NCBI GenBank assembly: GCA_003233115.1
Contig: QIKV01000061.1
Span: 889-64,888 of the forward strand
Reading direction: 5' to 3'
Length of the DNA: 64,000 bases
DNA from: Oceanospirillales bacterium
Lineage (GTDB): Bacteria > Pseudomonadota > Gammaproteobacteria > Xanthomonadales > SZUA-36
Of the stretch, positions 59,986-64,000 are shown one piece after another; the first letter of the stretch is position 1; each line of letters begins with the position of its first letter. A program made the translations under genes and the position numbers. Below the pieces are notes generated by a model. It searched no databases, was not told the DNA's origin, and saw nothing but the letters and a program-made list of their open reading frames with translations.

Positions 59986-61167
59986 TTACACTACACGTAG
60001 TGCTTTGCCGACTTTAATGAAAGCCGCAACTGCACGATCCAGGTGATGTTTCTGGTGGGCGGCTGATACCTGTACGCGGATACGTGCTGCACCCCTGGGT
60101 ACCACCGGAAAGAAGAAACCAATCACATAGATTCCCTCATCCAGCAAACGGGCGGCAAATTCCTGCGCCAGCGGTGCGTCGTACAGCATTACCGGCACGA
60201 TAGGGTGTGTGCCTGCTTTAATGTCGAAACCGGCCGCGTCCATTTGTGCGCGGAAATAGCGTGTGTTGTGTTCCAGTTTGTCCCGCAACTGTGTAGAGCC
60301 GGATATCATTTCGAATACTTTGATCGATGCAGCAACCAGTGGTGGTGGCAGGGTGTTGGAAAACAGGTAGGGTCGTGATCGCTGCCGCAGCAGGTCGATG
60401 ATTTCACGGCGCCCGGTGGTAAAGCCACCGGAACCACCGCCCAGCGCCTTGCCCAGAGTAGAAGTGAAAATGTCGATCTTGTCCATTACCCCATGAAATT
60501 CGGCGGAGCCACGCCCGGTTTTACCCATGCAGCCGCTGGCATGGCTGTCATCGACCATGACCAGCGCGTCGTAACGTTCGGCAAGTGCTGTAATTTCGTC
60601 GAGCCTGGCAATACAGCCATCCATGCTGAATACGCCGTCGGTGGCGATCAGGCGGGTACGGCAGTCCCGGGTAGCTTGCAAAGCATTCTCCAGCGCAGCC
60701 ATATCGCTGTTTGGATAGCGCTGCCGTTGTGCTTTACACAAGCGAATGCCGTCGATAATAGAGGCGTGATTCAGTGCGTCCGATATGACCGCATCTTCAG
60801 GTCCAAGCAGGGTTTCAAACAAACCACCATTGGCATCAAAGCACGATGTGTACAGGATGGTGTCAGCGGTTGAGAAGAAATCTGAAATGGTTTTTTCAAG
60901 CTGCTTGTGCAGATCCTGCGTGCCACAGATAAAGCGCACCGAGGCGAGTCCAAAGCCATGCCCGTCCAGGGCCTTGTGCGCCGCGGCAATAACTTCCGGG
61001 TTGTCAGCGAGACCGAGGTAGTTGTTGGCGCAGAAATTCAATACTTCTGCGCCTTTCTGGACCTTGATTTCCACGCTTTGCGGCGTGGTAATTATGCGTT
61101 CTGTTTTATATAACCCGGCAGTCCGGATTTCATCCAGTGTTGTTTTCAAGTAATCCAATGAAACCAT
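59986..61167 (-). CDS. kbl: Glycine C-acetyltransferase (2-amino-3-ketobutyrate CoA ligase)
   Basis: Alpha-oxoamine synthase family (…NNYLGL…, DDSHA.G, …STLGKALGG with the PLP Lys). Immediately downstream of tdh. GGAAGGA RBS. Confidence 0.9.
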   Translation of the reverse strand: MVSLDYLKTTLDEIRTAGLYKTERIITTPQSVEIKVQKGAEVLNFCANNYLGLADNPEVIAAAHKALDGHGFGLASVRFICGTQDLHKQLEKTISDFFSTADTILYTSCFDANGGLFETLLGPEDAVISDALNHASIIDGIRLCKAQRQRYPNSDMAALENALQATRDCRTRLIATDGVFSMDGCIARLDEITALAERYDALVMVDDSHASGCMGKTGRGSAEFHGVMDKIDIFTSTLGKALGGGSGGFTTGRREIIDLLRQRSRPYLFSNTLPPPLVAASIKVFEMISGSTQLRDKLEHNTRYFRAQMDAAGFDIKAGTHPIVPVMLYDAPLAQEFAARLLDEGIYVIGFFFPVVPRGAARIRVQVSAAHQKHHLDRAVAAFIKVGKALRVV

Positions 61168-61183
61168 ACCAATACTTTCCTTC

Positions 61184-62227
61184 CTAAATTTTACCGGTCC
61201 AGTCACAGACCACCTTGCCGCTTTGTCCGGTACGCATTAACTGGAAGCCCGTCTGGTATTCATCAATTGGAATATGATGCGTCATGGCTTTGTGCAGCGG
61301 GAAGCCGGTCAGCACCATCTGCGTCATTTTGTACCAGGTTTCGTACATGCGACGGCCATAAATGCCGTGCAGTTCAAGGCCCTTGAAGATGATCTGGTCC
61401 CAGTCAACGCTCGTTCCGGCCGGGAGTAATCCCAGCAGCGCAACTTGCCCGCCATTGAACATATTATGCAGCAGGTCATTGAATGCAGTGGGTTGTCCGG
61501 ACATTTCCATGCCGATATCAAAGCCTTCGATATCCAGTTCTTTAACAATATCTGCGATGGATTCGCGCGCCACATTGACGGTACGTGTGGCACCCATTTC
61601 TGCCGCCAGGTGCAGGCGGTAATCATTCACATCGGTAATGACCACATGGCGCGCACCGACATGTTTGCAAATTCCAGCCGCGATGATGCCGATCGGGCCG
61701 GCACCGGTGATCAGGATGTCCTCGCCGACGAGATCAAACTGCAGTGCGCAGTGGGCGGCGTTTCCGAAAGGGTCAAAATAGGCGGCCAGTTCAGGGGCAA
61801 TTTCATCTGGAATCGGCCACAGGTTGGTGGCGGGAACAGCGATGTATTCGGCAAAAGCACCATTGCGGTCAACACCGATCCCGACCGTGTTAGGGCACAA
61901 ATGCCGTTTGCCTGCACGGCAGTTACGGCAGTAACCACAAACGATATGGCCTTCGGCGGACACGCGGTCGCCGATCCTGTAGTTGGTGACACCGAGCCCC
62001 AGTTCAACGATCCGGCCGACAAATTCATGGCCAATGACAAGACCCGGCCTGATGGTTCTCTGCGCCCATTCATCCCAGTTATAAATATGTACATCCGTAC
62101 CGCAGATAGCAGTTTTTTCTACCTTGATCAGCACTTCGTTCGTACCTGCCTCGGGGACGGCAACTTCGTCCATCCAGATACCCTGGGCTGCTTCGCGTTT
62201 AACCAGTGCCCGCATGGTCTGGGACAT
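61184..62227 (-). CDS. tdh: L-threonine 3-dehydrogenase
   Basis: By recollection it is colinear with E. coli Tdh (…EGIWM…[15 protein letters not shown]…GHE.VG…). AGGAG RBS before MSQTMRAL. Confidence 0.9.
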   Translation of the reverse strand: MSQTMRALVKREAAQGIWMDEVAVPEAGTNEVLIKVEKTAICGTDVHIYNWDEWAQRTIRPGLVIGHEFVGRIVELGLGVTNYRIGDRVSAEGHIVCGYCRNCRAGKRHLCPNTVGIGVDRNGAFAEYIAVPATNLWPIPDEIAPELAAYFDPFGNAAHCALQFDLVGEDILITGAGPIGIIAAGICKHVGARHVVITDVNDYRLHLAAEMGATRTVNVARESIADIVKELDIEGFDIGMEMSGQPTAFNDLLHNMFNGGQVALLGLLPAGTSVDWDQIIFKGLELHGIYGRRMYETWYKMTQMVLTGFPLHKAMTHHIPIDEYQTGFQLMRTGQSGKVVCDWTGKI

Positions 62228-62439
62228 GATTGCTCCTGTAAAATTCATGGCAGGCGCTTGCCCGCGTTAACCAACAGATTATACCGGACCGTGCCCCGCT
62301 ATGCTCTTCCCAGGCCGCCGCCGCGATTGCCAGCAGGCTAAAATGTGCTGTGGGCGCCCATTTCCAGGATAGCCAAGTGCTGATGCTGAGTGTATTCTAT
62401 CGGGCTCTCTAAAAAGAGTATCAATAAAAGGTTTTTTAA

Positions 62440-63792
62440 ATGAAAGGCAAGCTTTTTATTAAGACACATGGTTGTCAAATGAACGAGTACGATTCCGACA
62501 AAATGGCAGATGTGCTGGCGGCATCGCATGGGTTGGAATTAACCGCTACCGAAGCTGAAGCGGACGTGATCCTGGTCAATACCTGTTCTATTCGCGAGAA
62601 AGCGCAGGAGAAAGTCTTTTCACAGTTGGGCCGTTGGAAAAAATTGAAGTCCGGTGGCCGTAAAGTCGTCATTGGCGTAGGCGGTTGTGTGGCCAGCCAG
62701 GAGGGTGATGCCATCATAAAACGGGCACCGTTTGTGGATCTCGTTTTTGGTCCGCAAACGCTTCACCGTCTGCCGGAAATGATCGATTATGTGCGTAGCA
62801 CCGGTAAGCCGAAGATAGATATTTCCTTTCCCGAGATTGAGAAATTTGACCGCTTGCCGGTTGCTGGTGCGAAGGGGCCAAGCGCCTTTGTCACCATTAT
62901 GGAAGGTTGCTCCAAGTATTGTACTTTCTGCGTTGTACCCTACACGCGTGGTGAAGAAGTCAGCCGTCCGCTGGAAGACGTTGTCGCAGAGTGTACCGGC
63001 CTGGCCAGTCAGGGTGTCAGGGAGATCAACCTGTTAGGGCAGAATGTCAATTCATTTGACGGTATTCTGGATGATGGCGGCAGGGCGGACCTGGCACTGC
63101 TGATCCACTATGTCGCCGCCGTTGAGGGAATTGAACGAATTCGTTTCACCACCTCGCATCCGGTAGATTTCTGCAGCAGCCTGACCGACGCATTCGGTGA
63201 GGTACCCGAACTGGCGAATTATGTCCACCTGCCGGTGCAGAGTGGTTCCGACCGCGTGCTGGCGATGATGAAACGCGGTCACACCGTACTCGAGTACAAA
63301 CAGAAGATCCGTCGATTGCGAGAACACCGACCGGATATCAGCCTATCTTCTGATTTTATTGTCGGCTTCCCGGGTGAGACCGAAAAAGATTTTGAAGACA
63401 CGCTGAAACTGATCGACGAAATGAATTTTGACCAGAGTTTCAGCTTTATCTACAGTGCCCGACCCGGCACGCCGGCGGCTTCTTTACCGGATGACACGCC
63501 GATGGAGGTTAAAAAGGATCGTCTGGCACGTTTGCAGGCATTGATCAATAAGCAGGCTGGTGAGATCAGCAGGCGCATGGTCGGCGGCCGGCAACGCATC
63601 CTGGTGGACGGGTACAGTAAGAAGGATACGCAACAACTGGCGGGCCGTACCGAGAATAATCGGGTAGTCAACTTTGACGGTAATCCGCGTTTGATAGGAC
63701 AGTTTGTCGATGTGATCATCAGTGAGGCGCTCAGTCATTCATTACGCGCCCGGGTCGCCGCGGCAGCTAAGCAAGCCGCCGCTGTTGGCTGA
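62440..63792 (+). CDS. miaB: tRNA-2-methylthio-N6-dimethylallyladenosine synthase
   Basis: [13 protein letters not shown]-terminal UPF0004 cluster, a radical-SAM [11 protein letters not shown] motif and a C-terminal TRAM domain. Confidence 0.95.
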   Translation: MKGKLFIKTHGCQMNEYDSDKMADVLAASHGLELTATEAEADVILVNTCSIREKAQEKVFSQLGRWKKLKSGGRKVVIGVGGCVASQEGDAIIKRAPFVDLVFGPQTLHRLPEMIDYVRSTGKPKIDISFPEIEKFDRLPVAGAKGPSAFVTIMEGCSKYCTFCVVPYTRGEEVSRPLEDVVAECTGLASQGVREINLLGQNVNSFDGILDDGGRADLALLIHYVAAVEGIERIRFTTSHPVDFCSSLTDAFGEVPELANYVHLPVQSGSDRVLAMMKRGHTVLEYKQKIRRLREHRPDISLSSDFIVGFPGETEKDFEDTLKLIDEMNFDQSFSFIYSARPGTPAASLPDDTPMEVKKDRLARLQALINKQAGEISRRMVGGRQRILVDGYSKKDTQQLAGRTENNRVVNFDGNPRLIGQFVDVIISEALSHSLRARVAAAAKQAAAVG

Positions 63793-63805
63793 GATCCTGA
63801 CTCCC

Positions 63806-64000
63806 ATGAGCCAACGCATAAATCTGGAACTGGAACCGGCAGATACCGAGCGCCTCGCCAACCTCTGCGGGCCGTTCGATCAGCACCTGAAGCAGATAGA
63901 AGGCCGCCTGCAGGTGGATATCTTTTGCCGTGGAAACCTGTTCACGGTGCAGGGCGAAGCACGCCAGGCCCGTGCCGCCAGTCGGTTGATAAAGCAGTTG
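63806..64000 (+). CDS. PhoH-like ATPase (YbeZ), 5' partial at the window edge
   Basis: Its position after miaB and the N-terminal pattern (…L.NLCG..D.HLK.IE..L.V.I..RGN.F.V.G…) are typical of PhoH/YbeZ. The Walker motifs lie beyond the window. Confidence 0.7.
   Translation, partial: MSQRINLELEPADTERLANLCGPFDQHLKQIEGRLQVDIFCRGNLFTVQGEARQARAASRLIKQL

Overview
This 64 kb window looks like a gammaproteobacterial chromosome segment. It is densely coding and mostly housekeeping, with conserved blocks: rnfABCDGE-nth, metG, apbC-dcd, petBC-sspAB, surE-pcm-yqaA-nlpD-rpoS, yhbY/rlmE-ftsH-folP-glmM, tdh-kbl and miaB-phoH. I saw no rRNA, tRNA, CRISPR array, transposase or integrase.

Three accessory modules stand out:
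1. 12.5-15.5 kb: a four-gene Hvf/bufferin-type RiPP cluster made of a DUF692 (MNIO) oxidase, a DUF2063 partner, a DoxX membrane protein and a secreted precursor. The precursor is unusually long, repeat-built and Met-rich, with 10 Cys, all in [E/D]G[K/S]C[G/S] motifs. This is the best candidate for a poorly described system.
2. 23.7-32.9 kb: a neutral-lipid (wax ester) storage island. It holds an HSL-type esterase, WS/DGAT, two PhaI/PhaF-like phasins, TetR, a Maqu_2507-like fatty acyl-CoA reductase and a patatin lipase.
3. 34.2-38.1 kb: an orphan sulfotransferase + Wzm/Wzt ABC exporter + polysaccharide deacetylase module.

Modules 2 and 3 lie between metG and apbC, which are adjacent in E. coli, so they probably form an ~18 kb accessory insertion.

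The bc1 operon also appears to carry only a 38-codon in-frame remnant of the Rieske gene petA, directly coupled to petB.

All functional calls come from reading the translated ORFs against remembered family motifs. No searches were run.
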